64,000 nucleotides of DNA from Candidatus Parcubacteria bacterium (GTDB taxonomy: Bacteria > Patescibacteriota > Minisyncoccia > Phycocordibacterales > UBA2100). The position numbers and the translations under genes were made by a program. Each line of letters starts with the position of its first letter. Position 1 is the first letter of the stretch. The notes beneath the pieces were generated by a model. It was not told the DNA's origin. It did not search any database and worked only from the letters and a program-made list of their open reading frames with translations. Location: NCBI GenBank assembly GCA_003599295.1, contig QZJK01000011.1:13372-77371 (forward strand). The letters run 5' to 3'. This document shows positions 36,766-46,444 of the stretch, one piece after another.

Positions 36766-39700
36766 ATGCATGAGCCTTTTATGAAGGCGGGTTCTCGCGG
36801 TTCTTCAATTCTCGGAAGTATTCTCTTGCTCGCGCTCGCAGGAAGTGCGGCTGTGTCGTTTGAACCGTTTTTTTCGACTCCTTCCGACCAAGAACAATTT
36901 GCGGCAAGCAGTCTCGCGCTCGTCGAGGACGCTTCAACCCCAACGCAAACCTCCGCCGGACAAGAAACGGCAACGCAATCAGATTCGCTAGCTCCAGGAA
37001 CCGTCGTAGATTTTAGAGATCAGGTGTATAGCGTGTACTATTCGTGCCGGCAAGAAACGAAAGAAAAAAGCAAGGTGGATGAGCTCACGCAAACCTGCCA
37101 ACCGGGTTTTCTCTACACCATCTATGAAAGCGACGGGGTCATCTCCGTGTCTCCAAGCCCCGGCCCGCAAGGCAATGTCGCCTGTCCCAGTAATACGCCA
37201 ACGCGCGCGGGATCATGCAGCAACCCGGCATCTCCGAATCCGGTCTTAAGTTGCTGGAGCGGACAACCTTCATCCGGCGTCGTCTACTACGCTATCGGAA
37301 ACGAGAAGCCTCAATTCGCCGGAAATTGCGCATCCGGGCAGAAACTCGACGTCGCCGGAAATCGCCTCACCGGACTCAGTAAAACGCTCGATGCGGCAGA
37401 CCCGGAAAAACAGTCCGCCATCATGGCAACGGCGGACATATCTCCCACGCAACAAGCCACGCTGATGAATGCGTTTAACAACATACAATCCGGAGAACAA
37501 AAAGTGGAGGAGATAAGTGCCGAGCGGAACGATATCGAACAGCAGATAACAGCGTATGCGAACTGTACGAATCCCGCGAATCCGTGCACAACGGAACTGC
37601 AAGCGCTCCAAACACGCAGAGACGAAATACTGCGGGAACAGCGGATAGCTGAGAGCGAGCTTGACTCGCTTCAAAATAATGCCCAACGTCTGTTGGCCGG
37701 CGAACCGCCGGTGAGCACGTCCGGTACAACGAATTTTCCCGGCTATGATCTCCCTTCTCGCCTTGATTTTGCCCGAAATACAACGGGCTTCAACGGTAGC
37801 GGTTTTATTGGGAGCCCGGAGGCGCAACCATCTTCCCGTCCTATCGTAGCCTCGCCGCCGCAAACGCCGAATCCGACGGGGGAAATTGATTGGGGGAAAT
37901 TCTATAACCAAGGGTCGAGTTACCGACCGACACCCCAGCCGACCGGATCCGAAAGTACGGCAGGAACGGGGGCTCAGCCTTTTCAAGGTCCTCAATTCAC
38001 ACCGAGCTCCTATACGCCGCCCGGCATATCCGGTCCGAACAGGTTGACCGATGAAGAGCTCGCACAATTCCCTCCCGAGATCCAGCAGGCGGCTCAAAAA
38101 CAATGCGAGCTGGGGCGCTGTGCTCTCATGCATCGAATAGCTGGAAGTGATGCAACTTCCGCACAAGAAAAAGCGGGGCAAGTGACGCAGGTCGCGCTCA
38201 TAGGTTCGCCCAGTTGCTCACAAGTATCGATATCCGACTGTTTCAAGGCGGCCGATCTTCCTTACACGCTCGAGGGCCGCAAGCAAGTATGCGGAGCGCT
38301 GGGACTCGACTACTGCGACAGCGTGGGGAGCGCAAAAACGAACGTGCGAATGGCGGAGGACGTGAAAAGATTCTCCCAAACGGGTACGGTCACTGAAGTT
38401 ACGCAAACACGGACTGTTACCATTGACTCGCGCGGCTCCATTCTCGGAGAAGAAATTACGGAGAAAAGTACGGAATCACAAGTTATCGCTCCATCATACC
38501 AAGAGGGCGCGACGTTGCGTGATCTCGAAGCTTTCTACGATAGGGCTCAAGAAACCCAGAACGGGGTGGAGACCGTATATAAAGTGACGGGAGACGTGTG
38601 CGGGGTCGTCGGCACGAGCAGTAGCGACCAAACCTGCAGCTACTATCGGCGATTGGCTGACGCGCAAGGCGGCGTGTTGTCGAAAGACCAGTTGCCTTCT
38701 TATACCCGACAACAGCTCACCGCGGTCGAGACGGCCGGAAAAGCTATCCAAACACCGTTCCCGACCGCAGGAACTGTTTCCGATGTTGCGCCGAGAACGG
38801 CGGGCGGAACACTCGAAGCAGAGAATCTCGCGCCGCTTTTTGACGCAGAGAGGGTGCGGAACGCGGAAACAGCGCGCCTGGAAGGACTGGCTACGTATTA
38901 CAAAGAACAACAGCAAGAGCGAATCATCGAGACCACGTCAAGTCGCCTTCAGGGCCTTGCTGATTTTACGGAAGCGCAACAAGTGGCTCGGGCAAATGAG
39001 GCTTCGATACAACGCTGGGAAGGCATGGCTGCTTATGCAGAAGCGCAACGGGAAGCCCGCGCTCGTTCGAATGATGCTGCTTCCGCGCGGCTTCAAGGCC
39101 AAGCAGATTTCATAGCGCGTACCAATTATTTGGAGAACCATCCGACAACGCAAAATATGTATGACGCGTTGATAGCGGCGGGCCAAACGCCCGCAGAGAC
39201 CCAGCAGTATATAGACAAAGTGGTTTCAACCGGTGCTTGGAATACCGGGACGGAGGCGCAAGTGGATTCATACCTCGCGCACAACTACGACCGCATCGTC
39301 GAGTACGGTAAAGAGCGTACGGCGCTCGGAGAAGCTCTTCTCGGGAAAATAGTAGCGTCAGGGCCGCCACCGCCCGTAAGTGATATCCAAGTCACTTCCG
39401 CACCGCTTGTCCCGATACCGGGCTCCACAGAAAGCCTATCTACGAGAGATCTCATCAATCAAATCGTGACAGGAGGTTCACAGGCCCCTTCCGCGGCAAA
39501 CGAACTTTGGGATAGAGCGACCACGCGCCCTGCATGGCTTGACCCCGCGATAAAGCCTGCCGCGGATCTCGTCTCAGATCTGACCGGAAAAGATCAGGTA
39601 CTTTTCGGTGTGCAAGGACAACAATCGCAGGCTACGGATGAAGGAGTCCTTACGATAGATACGGGCATCAGGAGAGACTTTTCAATCGCCGATCCTGATC

Positions 39701-40455
39701 TTACGACAAGCGAACTCTCGCGAATTCTCCAAGAACGCGAGTTTGTCCAAACAGTGCCTTCCGGCTCGTCGATTTTCCAAACGTCGCTTCCGGTGACCCC
39801 CTCGGCCGCAAAACTCATTCCTTCGACATTGCCGAGCCCGACACTAACGGACATCGATTATGACGCGACCTTCTCGCGTGCAGTGCAAACGTACGGCGCA
39901 GACAGTATAGAAGTTCTCGGCGTTCAAAGCCTACTTTCGAATCCGGATCTCCGCGATGTGAATGAACTTGAGGCGCGTCTCCAGGTGTATGACTTGGCAC
40001 CCGTCCCTTCGCAAGAATTTCTCGGGACTGATCGGAGCATTCCCATCCCCTCTTCAGGTTACGTGCCTGTCGAAAGTAGTATCGGCTGTTGGTCCCCGAA
40101 CGTTGATTGCGGACTCATGAACAGAATGCCGGCGGAAGGGCAAACGGTCGTATTCACTCCGTCAGATGGGGGAGGGACCGAATATTCCTACTACACGCCA
40201 CCTACAGGTGTTATGTCGGCTCTGAACCCGTCCTCTTGGTTTACCCAGACCGGAACGGTTTCTCAAACTCTTCTTCCTGCAGGCGCTTCAACCGTTACCG
40301 TTACGAACGACGGCGGCGTCTTGTCTGTAAGAGTCGGCGGTTCGTCGAGCGTACGTGGTGTATACTCTTCTCAATCCGCCACATCGGCTACGTACGGACA
40401 GATACTCTCGGGACTTTCCGGACAACCCTTAAGAATTACAGCACCCGGTCAATAA
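36766..40455 (+). CDS. Very large secreted/surface protein, about 1230 aa, low complexity (Ser/Thr/Gln/Ala/Pro-rich).
   Basis: Signal peptide MKAGSRGSSILGSILLLALAGSAAVS. A long uninterrupted ORF with coiled-coil-like stretches and no catalytic motif. Confidence 0.65.
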   Translation: MHEPFMKAGSRGSSILGSILLLALAGSAAVSFEPFFSTPSDQEQFAASSLALVEDASTPTQTSAGQETATQSDSLAPGTVVDFRDQVYSVYYSCRQETKEKSKVDELTQTCQPGFLYTIYESDGVISVSPSPGPQGNVACPSNTPTRAGSCSNPASPNPVLSCWSGQPSSGVVYYAIGNEKPQFAGNCASGQKLDVAGNRLTGLSKTLDAADPEKQSAIMATADISPTQQATLMNAFNNIQSGEQKVEEISAERNDIEQQITAYANCTNPANPCTTELQALQTRRDEILREQRIAESELDSLQNNAQRLLAGEPPVSTSGTTNFPGYDLPSRLDFARNTTGFNGSGFIGSPEAQPSSRPIVASPPQTPNPTGEIDWGKFYNQGSSYRPTPQPTGSESTAGTGAQPFQGPQFTPSSYTPPGISGPNRLTDEELAQFPPEIQQAAQKQCELGRCALMHRIAGSDATSAQEKAGQVTQVALIGSPSCSQVSISDCFKAADLPYTLEGRKQVCGALGLDYCDSVGSAKTNVRMAEDVKRFSQTGTVTEVTQTRTVTIDSRGSILGEEITEKSTESQVIAPSYQEGATLRDLEAFYDRAQETQNGVETVYKVTGDVCGVVGTSSSDQTCSYYRRLADAQGGVLSKDQLPSYTRQQLTAVETAGKAIQTPFPTAGTVSDVAPRTAGGTLEAENLAPLFDAERVRNAETARLEGLATYYKEQQQERIIETTSSRLQGLADFTEAQQVARANEASIQRWEGMAAYAEAQREARARSNDAASARLQGQADFIARTNYLENHPTTQNMYDALIAAGQTPAETQQYIDKVVSTGAWNTGTEAQVDSYLAHNYDRIVEYGKERTALGEALLGKIVASGPPPPVSDIQVTSAPLVPIPGSTESLSTRDLINQIVTGGSQAPSAANELWDRATTRPAWLDPAIKPAADLVSDLTGKDQVLFGVQGQQSQATDEGVLTIDTGIRRDFSIADPDLTTSELSRILQEREFVQTVPSGSSIFQTSLPVTPSAAKLIPSTLPSPTLTDIDYDATFSRAVQTYGADSIEVLGVQSLLSNPDLRDVNELEARLQVYDLAPVPSQEFLGTDRSIPIPSSGYVPVESSIGCWSPNVDCGLMNRMPAEGQTVVFTPSDGGGTEYSYYTPPTGVMSALNPSSWFTQTGTVSQTLLPAGASTVTVTNDGGVLSVRVGGSSSVRGVYSSQSATSATYGQILSGLSGQPLRITAPGQ

Positions 40456-40777
40456 GCCAATTAAGTATCGAAAGAACGATGGCTCCTAGAAGCGCAGAGA
40501 AAAATCCCGCGACGGTGAATCCAGGCACTATCCATTGCATCGCGTAAAAAAGAAATGCATTGAGAACGAATGAAAAGAGTCCGAACGTGATGAGCGTTAT
40601 CGGGAGTGTGAGAACGTGAAGCACTGGCCGCACCACCATCACGATGACAGACCACACGAGCGCGACGAATAAAATCGTCGTCCATCCACCGGCGACAGTG
40701 ATACCGGGAACAAGATTGACAGTGAGATACACTGCCGCGACGGTTCCTAAATATTTTAAGACTATATGCACCCACAC
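40436..40777 (-). CDS. Phage-holin-4-like (DUF360-type) four-TM membrane protein.
   Basis: VPGITVAGGW...VRPVLHVLTLPITLITFGLFSFVLNAFLFYA...VPGFTVAGFFSALLGAIVLSILNWL matches the conserved VPG.-V-G/RP-L-LTLP pattern of this family. Confidence 0.65.
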   Translation of the reverse strand: MWVHIVLKYLGTVAAVYLTVNLVPGITVAGGWTTILFVALVWSVIVMVVRPVLHVLTLPITLITFGLFSFVLNAFLFYAMQWIVPGFTVAGFFSALLGAIVLSILNWLIDRVL

Positions 40778-40895
40778 ATACTAACACCTCTTCCGCATTT
40801 TCTTTCAATCTTCAGCGAGCCGGCGTGTTTTTGCGGAACCTCTGGAGACGCCTCGGCTTGGTCGACGCGTAGCGGCGCGAGGCGTTGAAGCATAA

Positions 40896-40922
40896 GGACG
40901 CGCACCGCAGGAGTGCGCGTCC
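40896..40922 (-). terminator. 10-bp perfect hairpin ggacgcgcac-N7-gtgcgcgtcc downstream of the small acidic ORF. It is terminator-like with a weak U-tract.
   Basis: Read directly. Confidence 0.3.
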
Positions 40923-40951
40923 GGGTTCCACGAAAATATGCCGGCGAGCGA

Positions 40952-41098
40952 CTACTCCCACGCCTTCTCATCCTCATCCACCCCAGTCCCAAGCATCGGA
41001 TCCTCCTCTTCTTCGTCCAAGCCGAGACTTCCTTCCGGCGACCCTTCCATCAAATCTCCGCCTTCCTTTTCCTTGTCGTCATCATCACGAAACGCCAT
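40952..41098 (-). CDS. Hypothetical small acidic protein, 48 aa (MAFRDDDDKEKEGGDLMEGSPEGSLGLDEEEEDPMLGTGVDEDEKAWE).
   Basis: Found by manual translation. It is below the ORF-track length cutoff and is followed by a hairpin. Confidence 0.25.
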   Translation of the reverse strand: MAFRDDDDKEKEGGDLMEGSPEGSLGLDEEEEDPMLGTGVDEDEKAWE

Positions 41099-41230
41099 AT
41101 GATGTTATGTGCATTTACATTTTTAATCCGACTATCTGATTGCCGAACACGACCATCGTACCGAGACCAATACTGCGCGCAAGAACGTTCAAGGGTGCAT
41201 CTGTGTATAACCCAGTAGTACTATGTAGCC

Positions 41231-43387
41231 ATGCAGCCAAACGATGATATATCGAAGCATTTTCGTCTTACTCCAGTACAGTCGGCCGCTCTAAAACGGC
41301 TCGGTTTGGGGACGATAGGCGCTCTCCTCCGGCATTTCCCCGCGCGCTATGAGACAGCGGGTGCTTCGGGAAGAGCCGGAGGGCTCGTACCGGGTACGAA
41401 AGTGACCCTTATCGGAACTCTTTCAAAACTCAAGGCCAGAAAACTTTGGAAAAGCCGCAGGAACGTCACCGAAGGATGGTTCGAGGATTCTTCAGGTCGC
41501 GTAAAAGTCATGTGGTTCAACCAGCCCTACATGGCTTCATACGTCCCGCAAACCGCGCTCGTGAAAGTAAGCGGGACGGTCGGAGGAAAAGAAGACCGCC
41601 CGTACATCGCGAATCCGGAGGTTGAGGCCATTCCAGCCGGAGCCGCGCTAGAAGGAATGTTCACGGGAGATACAGAGCCCGAGAGAGCATCTGTGTTCCC
41701 CGTGTATCCCGAGACGCGCGGCATCACGACAAAATGGTTCTACCACGCGCTCGAGCGGGTCTTCGCGAGCGATATTTTAACGCATGTTGCCGACCCTATC
41801 CCCTCCGATGTGCGCGACCGGTATCATCTCCCCGATCTCGCGCGTTCGCTTCTCGCGATGCATCGTCCATCGAATCCCCGCGAGGCGGAAGCTGCGCGAA
41901 AGCGCTTCGCGTTCGAGGAGATCTTTTCCATTTCGCTCACCCGCTCGCGCGAGCGGAGCGAAAACGACGCACAAGCTTCGTTCCCGATACAGAATGCCGA
42001 GGCTCTTGCCGAACGATTCCTCAAAACGATCCCCTTTCCGCCGACCGAGGCACAAAAGCGCGCGATCTCGGATATTTTGAAAGATTTCGGGGAACGACAC
42101 CCGATGGCGCGGCTACTCGAGGGTGATGTCGGGAGCGGCAAGACTCTCGTCGCGGCGGCGAGTGCCTACGCGGTCGTGAATTCTCGGCCGCCGAATCGCG
42201 AATCAGGTACGCTCCAAGCCGCCTACATGGCTCCGACGGAAATACTCGCGACCCAGCATTTCCAATCGTTCATCGAATATTTCTCGCACCTTCCCATCAA
42301 TATCGCGCTCATGACCGGAAGCGGCTGCAAGAAATTCCCCTCCAAAGTGAAACGCGGCGCCGCAACGGAGATATCTCGCGCGCAATTATTGAAATGGGTC
42401 GCGAACGGAGAGATAGCAATGGTCGTCGGCACGCACGCTCTCATCCAAAAATCCGTAAAATTCCAGCACCTGGCCTACGCAATAGTGGATGAACAGCATC
42501 GCTTCGGCACTCGCCAAAGGCGAGCGCTCGCGAGAAAGGGTGATGCGGCGCCGCATTTTCTCTCTATGACCGCAACACCCATTCCCCGAACGCTCGCGCT
42601 CACACTTTATGGCGACCTGGATCTCTCACTCCTCGACGAATTGCCGCCCGGGCGTGCGAAAGTGACGACCTCTATCGTGAAGCCAGAAGATCGCGAACGT
42701 GCCTACGCAGCAGTTCGAAGCGCGCTCTCGCGCGGAGAGCAGGCATACGTTATCTGTCCGCGCATCGAGGAACCCGATCCGGAAAAGTGGAACGCGCTCC
42801 AAGCGAAATCGGCAAAAGCCGAGGCAATCCGACTGAAAAAAGAAGTGTTCCCGAAACATGAGGTGGGGCTTCTCCACGGCGCGATGAAGAAAACGGAAAA
42901 AGAGAGTGCGATGCGCCGTTTTGCATCGAATGAAATACAGATACTCGTCGCGACATCGGTCGTCGAAGTTGGCATCAACGTGCCGAACGCGACGGTGATG
43001 CTCATTGAGGGGGCAGAGCGGTTCGGATTAGCCCAGCTCCATCAATTGCGCGGCCGCATCCAAAGGAGCTCGCGCCCACCGCATTGTTTTCTCCTCCCTG
43101 AAACGTCCGGGGAAATGGCGACGAAGCGCTTGCGCGCGCTCGAAAAATCGGACGACGGATTCAAGCTCGCGGAGGCGGACCTGGAAAGCCGTGGCGCGGG
43201 TGATCTCCTCGGGAGAAAACAATGGGGCATATCGGACCTCGGCATGGAAGCGCTGAAAAATCTGAAGCTCATTCGCGCCGCGCGCGAAGAAGCCGGGCTG
43301 CTTATTAAGCAAGACCCATCGCTCTCAAAGTATCCGGAGCTTCGCAAGCGCATCGAAGCGACCGCGATTGAACTGCACAGCGAGTAG
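41231..43387 (+). CDS. recG: ATP-dependent DNA helicase RecG.
   Basis: Wedge domain, Walker A GDVGSGKT, DEQH box and helicase C motifs. 718 aa. Confidence 0.95.
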   Translation: MQPNDDISKHFRLTPVQSAALKRLGLGTIGALLRHFPARYETAGASGRAGGLVPGTKVTLIGTLSKLKARKLWKSRRNVTEGWFEDSSGRVKVMWFNQPYMASYVPQTALVKVSGTVGGKEDRPYIANPEVEAIPAGAALEGMFTGDTEPERASVFPVYPETRGITTKWFYHALERVFASDILTHVADPIPSDVRDRYHLPDLARSLLAMHRPSNPREAEAARKRFAFEEIFSISLTRSRERSENDAQASFPIQNAEALAERFLKTIPFPPTEAQKRAISDILKDFGERHPMARLLEGDVGSGKTLVAAASAYAVVNSRPPNRESGTLQAAYMAPTEILATQHFQSFIEYFSHLPINIALMTGSGCKKFPSKVKRGAATEISRAQLLKWVANGEIAMVVGTHALIQKSVKFQHLAYAIVDEQHRFGTRQRRALARKGDAAPHFLSMTATPIPRTLALTLYGDLDLSLLDELPPGRAKVTTSIVKPEDRERAYAAVRSALSRGEQAYVICPRIEEPDPEKWNALQAKSAKAEAIRLKKEVFPKHEVGLLHGAMKKTEKESAMRRFASNEIQILVATSVVEVGINVPNATVMLIEGAERFGLAQLHQLRGRIQRSSRPPHCFLLPETSGEMATKRLRALEKSDDGFKLAEADLESRGAGDLLGRKQWGISDLGMEALKNLKLIRAAREEAGLLIKQDPSLSKYPELRKRIEATAIELHSE

Positions 43388-43407
43388 GTATCGGGACAAC
43401 TCGAGTA

Positions 43408-45051
43408 CTAGAAGGATGAAATGCTTATTGAAGCAGTATCGGTGCGAGTGCCGCGCACAAGGCGTATCGTGTACGAGCCCGTCTGCGAGTACGTGTGTGT
43501 GAATGTTTTGTCCGTGACGACTTGTGCGCATGAGCCCGTCCCTTGCGTTTGCACCACATGAGCGCTCCCGTCACCCCAATCAAGGTCATACGCGCTGCAC
43601 GGCGTCGCGATATTAAACTCTATCTCGACGGTGCGCGGATTTCCTCCGATGCCGGGCGTCACAACAAATGGGCCGATCTCGGCGGGAGGAGCAGTAACCG
43701 TAATGACCCTACTTGCCGCAAGCGTACCGGACAAAGAGCCGCGGTACAGTTTCGCGGTGTATGTCCCGCTTTGGCTGTACTGATGGCTTGCGCTGTACGA
43801 CTGTGCTTGGCAGGAATCCGGATACGATAACGATGTATTTTGGCCGTCCCCGAAATCGACGGTGTATGTGCCGCTGCCGCATGAACGATTGCCGTTAATG
43901 GTCCCGCTGAAGGAGACCGAGAGCGGTGCTTCCCCTGTCGTGGGATTCGCGCTTATCGAGTCGGGAATGGGCGTGGGGGTTGTTGGGGTTGGCTGCGCGG
44001 TTCCCGTAACAATGACTGTCGCGACCGTGCGGTGTGGACCAGATGAAAGCCCGACATTGTAGGTACCCGGAACTTGGTAGATATGAGAGAGCGTTTGCAC
44101 CAATTGCGTGCATCTTCCCGGGGGCACGGTTATCTGCGTCGTTCCGGTGCCATCACCGTAATCAACGGTGTACACCGCGCCGGCACAGGAATTGACCGTG
44201 TTTACGGTGGCCTCGACAGAGACCGTGAGCGGCGCATTCCCCGATATCGGCGTCACGCGGATAAAGCCGCCAACATTGGGCGCTCCCCCACCGCTCATTG
44301 TTGAGCATTGAAGGGACATTGCGGCAGCGGTGCGCGGCCCGACTTGTCCGTAGCCGGTGGTGGCCGCAGTGCCCGAAGAAACGATATTGTATTTCACCTG
44401 CCAGCGTTTGACCGCCGCTTCCGTAAGCGGTCCGTAATAACCGGTCACCAATCGCTCCGGATATATGCTTGCGTCACGAGCGAGGAATGATTGAAGCCTT
44501 GAGACATCGTCTCCCGTCGAACCAATGTAGAGAATGCGGCCTATCAGGGGGCACGCACTCGAATCGATGACGGGCGCTCCCGGGACGGGCGCAGGCACGA
44601 CCCCGCCGGTTTGCTGCTGGAGCTGCTGAACTTTCAGAAGCAGCGCTTGCACTTGCGCCTGTAAATCAGCAATAGTCGAGGAAGAAGGCGCTGGCGATGA
44701 TGCGGGCGGCGGCTGTGTCGCTCCCGCAAGTACGGTGATGGTGCCGACCATCCCGGAATGGAACGCGCAGTAGTACTGATAGGTGCCGGGAGTGTTGAAC
44801 GTCTGCGAATATGTGGCACTCGGCTGCATCGTGCCGCTGTTGAATGCATTCGTGTTCGAGGTGACCGTGTGCGGCATTGTGTCGGTGTTCGTCCACACGA
44901 CAGAATCGCCTGCAGTTATGGTGATGTTCGATGGCGCGAAATAGTTTGGGCCCATCGTCACGTTCGTCTGCGCCGCGAGGCTCACATTCGGCGAAAACCC
45001 GATAAGGAGCGCCAATAGACCCAAACTGAGCGAGAGACGCGCAAGAGTCAT
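43408..45051 (-). CDS. Secreted multidomain protein: cupredoxin (type-1 copper), peptidoglycan-binding and PKD-like repeat domains.
   Basis: Signal peptide MTLARLSLSLGLLALLIGF. Plastocyanin-like ligand motif YYCAFHSGMVGTITV. PG-binding-1-like GDDVSRLQSFLA...GYYGPLTEAAVKRWQ. Repeated ...YTVDYGDGTG/YTVDFGDGQ/DLDWGDGS blocks are PKD-like. Confidence 0.65.
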   Translation of the reverse strand: MTLARLSLSLGLLALLIGFSPNVSLAAQTNVTMGPNYFAPSNITITAGDSVVWTNTDTMPHTVTSNTNAFNSGTMQPSATYSQTFNTPGTYQYYCAFHSGMVGTITVLAGATQPPPASSPAPSSSTIADLQAQVQALLLKVQQLQQQTGGVVPAPVPGAPVIDSSACPLIGRILYIGSTGDDVSRLQSFLARDASIYPERLVTGYYGPLTEAAVKRWQVKYNIVSSGTAATTGYGQVGPRTAAAMSLQCSTMSGGGAPNVGGFIRVTPISGNAPLTVSVEATVNTVNSCAGAVYTVDYGDGTGTTQITVPPGRCTQLVQTLSHIYQVPGTYNVGLSSGPHRTVATVIVTGTAQPTPTTPTPIPDSISANPTTGEAPLSVSFSGTINGNRSCGSGTYTVDFGDGQNTSLSYPDSCQAQSYSASHQYSQSGTYTAKLYRGSLSGTLAASRVITVTAPPAEIGPFVVTPGIGGNPRTVEIEFNIATPCSAYDLDWGDGSAHVVQTQGTGSCAQVVTDKTFTHTYSQTGSYTIRLVRGTRTDTASISISSF

Positions 45052-45120
45052 GCCCGTATTCTCGCACGCCCCCGGAAGTGCACAATCACCGGAATCCACA
45101 CGTGCTTCATGTACCTTCAG

Positions 45121-45193
45121 TCCGCCTGCCTGGACTCGAACCAGGAACCCCAGAGGTATAAGCTCTGTGCTCTAACCATTGAGCTACAGGCGG
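45121..45193 (-). tRNA. tRNA-Ile, anticodon TAT, which reads AUA.
   Basis: CCGCCTGTAGCTCAATGGTTAGAGCACAGAGCTTATACCTCTGGGGTTCCTGGTTCGAGTCCAGGCAGGCGGA. Anticodon stem cagag/ctctg with loop ctTATac. Confidence 0.7.
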
Positions 45194-45228
45194 ATTTGAA
45201 GATTATAGACCTCGAAGCTCTACTTGCG

Positions 45229-46380
45229 CTAGCGAATTACTTTAGCGACTGCTTTAGCGACGCGCTTGTCAAACATGTCGGGCACTATTTTGTTTGCGGT
45301 CGGTTTGGGGACGAGCGCGGCTATGGCGCGCGCGGCCTGAAGCTTCATATCGTCGGTTATCTTTCGCACCCGATTATCGAGTGCTCCGCGGAAGACTCCC
45401 GGGAACGCGAGTGAATTATTTATCTGATTCGGAAAATCCGAACGGCCGGTGGCGATGATAGTAGCACCTCCCTTCTTCGCCTCATCCGGCATAATTTCCG
45501 GAGTAGGGTTCGCCATCGCAAAAATGATTGGATTCGATGCCATTTTTTTGACCATTTCCGCAGAAACGAGATTCGGTTTGGATACTCCGATGAATACATC
45601 CGCGTCGGTAAGCGCCTTCTTCAAATCCCCTCCCTCTTCGGCAAAGATAATCCCCTCCTCAATGAGCTGCTTCTTCGTAGTATTCAGGTCATTCCTTCCT
45701 TTCCATACTACTCCGACGCTATCAACGACGATGATATTTACTTTCGGCGCGAATTTCTTGAGAAGCCGCACTGTCGCGACACCGGCGGCCCCGACGCCGC
45801 TTACGGCCACCCAAGAATTGTTCAGGTCCTTCCGGATGACTTTCATCGCATTGATGAGGCCGGCCAAAACGACGATTGCAGTTCCGTGCTGATCGTCGTG
45901 CATCACCGGTATGTCGAGTGCTTCGACAAGCCGCCGTTCGACATCAAAGCATTTCGGCGCCGCGATATCTTCCAAGTTGATTCCGCCGAACGCCGGCGCA
46001 ATGCGAATGACCGTTTCAACGATTTCACCGGCATCTTGCGTGTCTAATACTATCGGCACTGCATCCACTCCCGCAAACGTTTTGAAAAGCGCGCACTTCC
46101 CTTCCATGACGGGAAGTGCGCCGAGAGCGCCGATGTTTCCGAGTCCGAGAACAGCGGAGCCGTCCGAAACGACTGCGACAGTTCTTCCCTTCATTGTGTA
46201 CTCCCGAGCCTCCTTCGGATGCTTACCAACGTAATCCGCAACAAAACCGACTCCGGGCGTATACACAAGCGACAGGTCCGCGCGATTTTTGACCGGCGTA
46301 GCCGATTCTATACGAAGTTTCCCGCGGAGCTTCTTGTGGAGCGCGAGCGCCTTCTTCGTAATGTCTTGCTTTTTAGCCAT
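45229..46380 (-). CDS. NAD(P)-dependent malic enzyme.
   Basis: LSLVYTPGV...AVVSDGSAVLGLGNIG...VSGVGAAG are malic-enzyme NAD-binding motifs. Start trimmed to MAKKQDI. Confidence 0.85.
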   Translation of the reverse strand: MAKKQDITKKALALHKKLRGKLRIESATPVKNRADLSLVYTPGVGFVADYVGKHPKEAREYTMKGRTVAVVSDGSAVLGLGNIGALGALPVMEGKCALFKTFAGVDAVPIVLDTQDAGEIVETVIRIAPAFGGINLEDIAAPKCFDVERRLVEALDIPVMHDDQHGTAIVVLAGLINAMKVIRKDLNNSWVAVSGVGAAGVATVRLLKKFAPKVNIIVVDSVGVVWKGRNDLNTTKKQLIEEGIIFAEEGGDLKKALTDADVFIGVSKPNLVSAEMVKKMASNPIIFAMANPTPEIMPDEAKKGGATIIATGRSDFPNQINNSLAFPGVFRGALDNRVRKITDDMKLQAARAIAALVPKPTANKIVPDMFDKRVAKAVAKVIR

Positions 46381-46444
46381 AGCGCGCAGTATACATATTC
46401 TCTCAAAACAAGGAACCTCCGGCCGCGCGTATCGCGGACGGAGG

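Noticed and set aside
37270-38181. 303-aa minus-strand ORF.
   Set aside because: Antisense of the giant secreted protein gene. It is Arg/Cys-rich and looks like junk translation.
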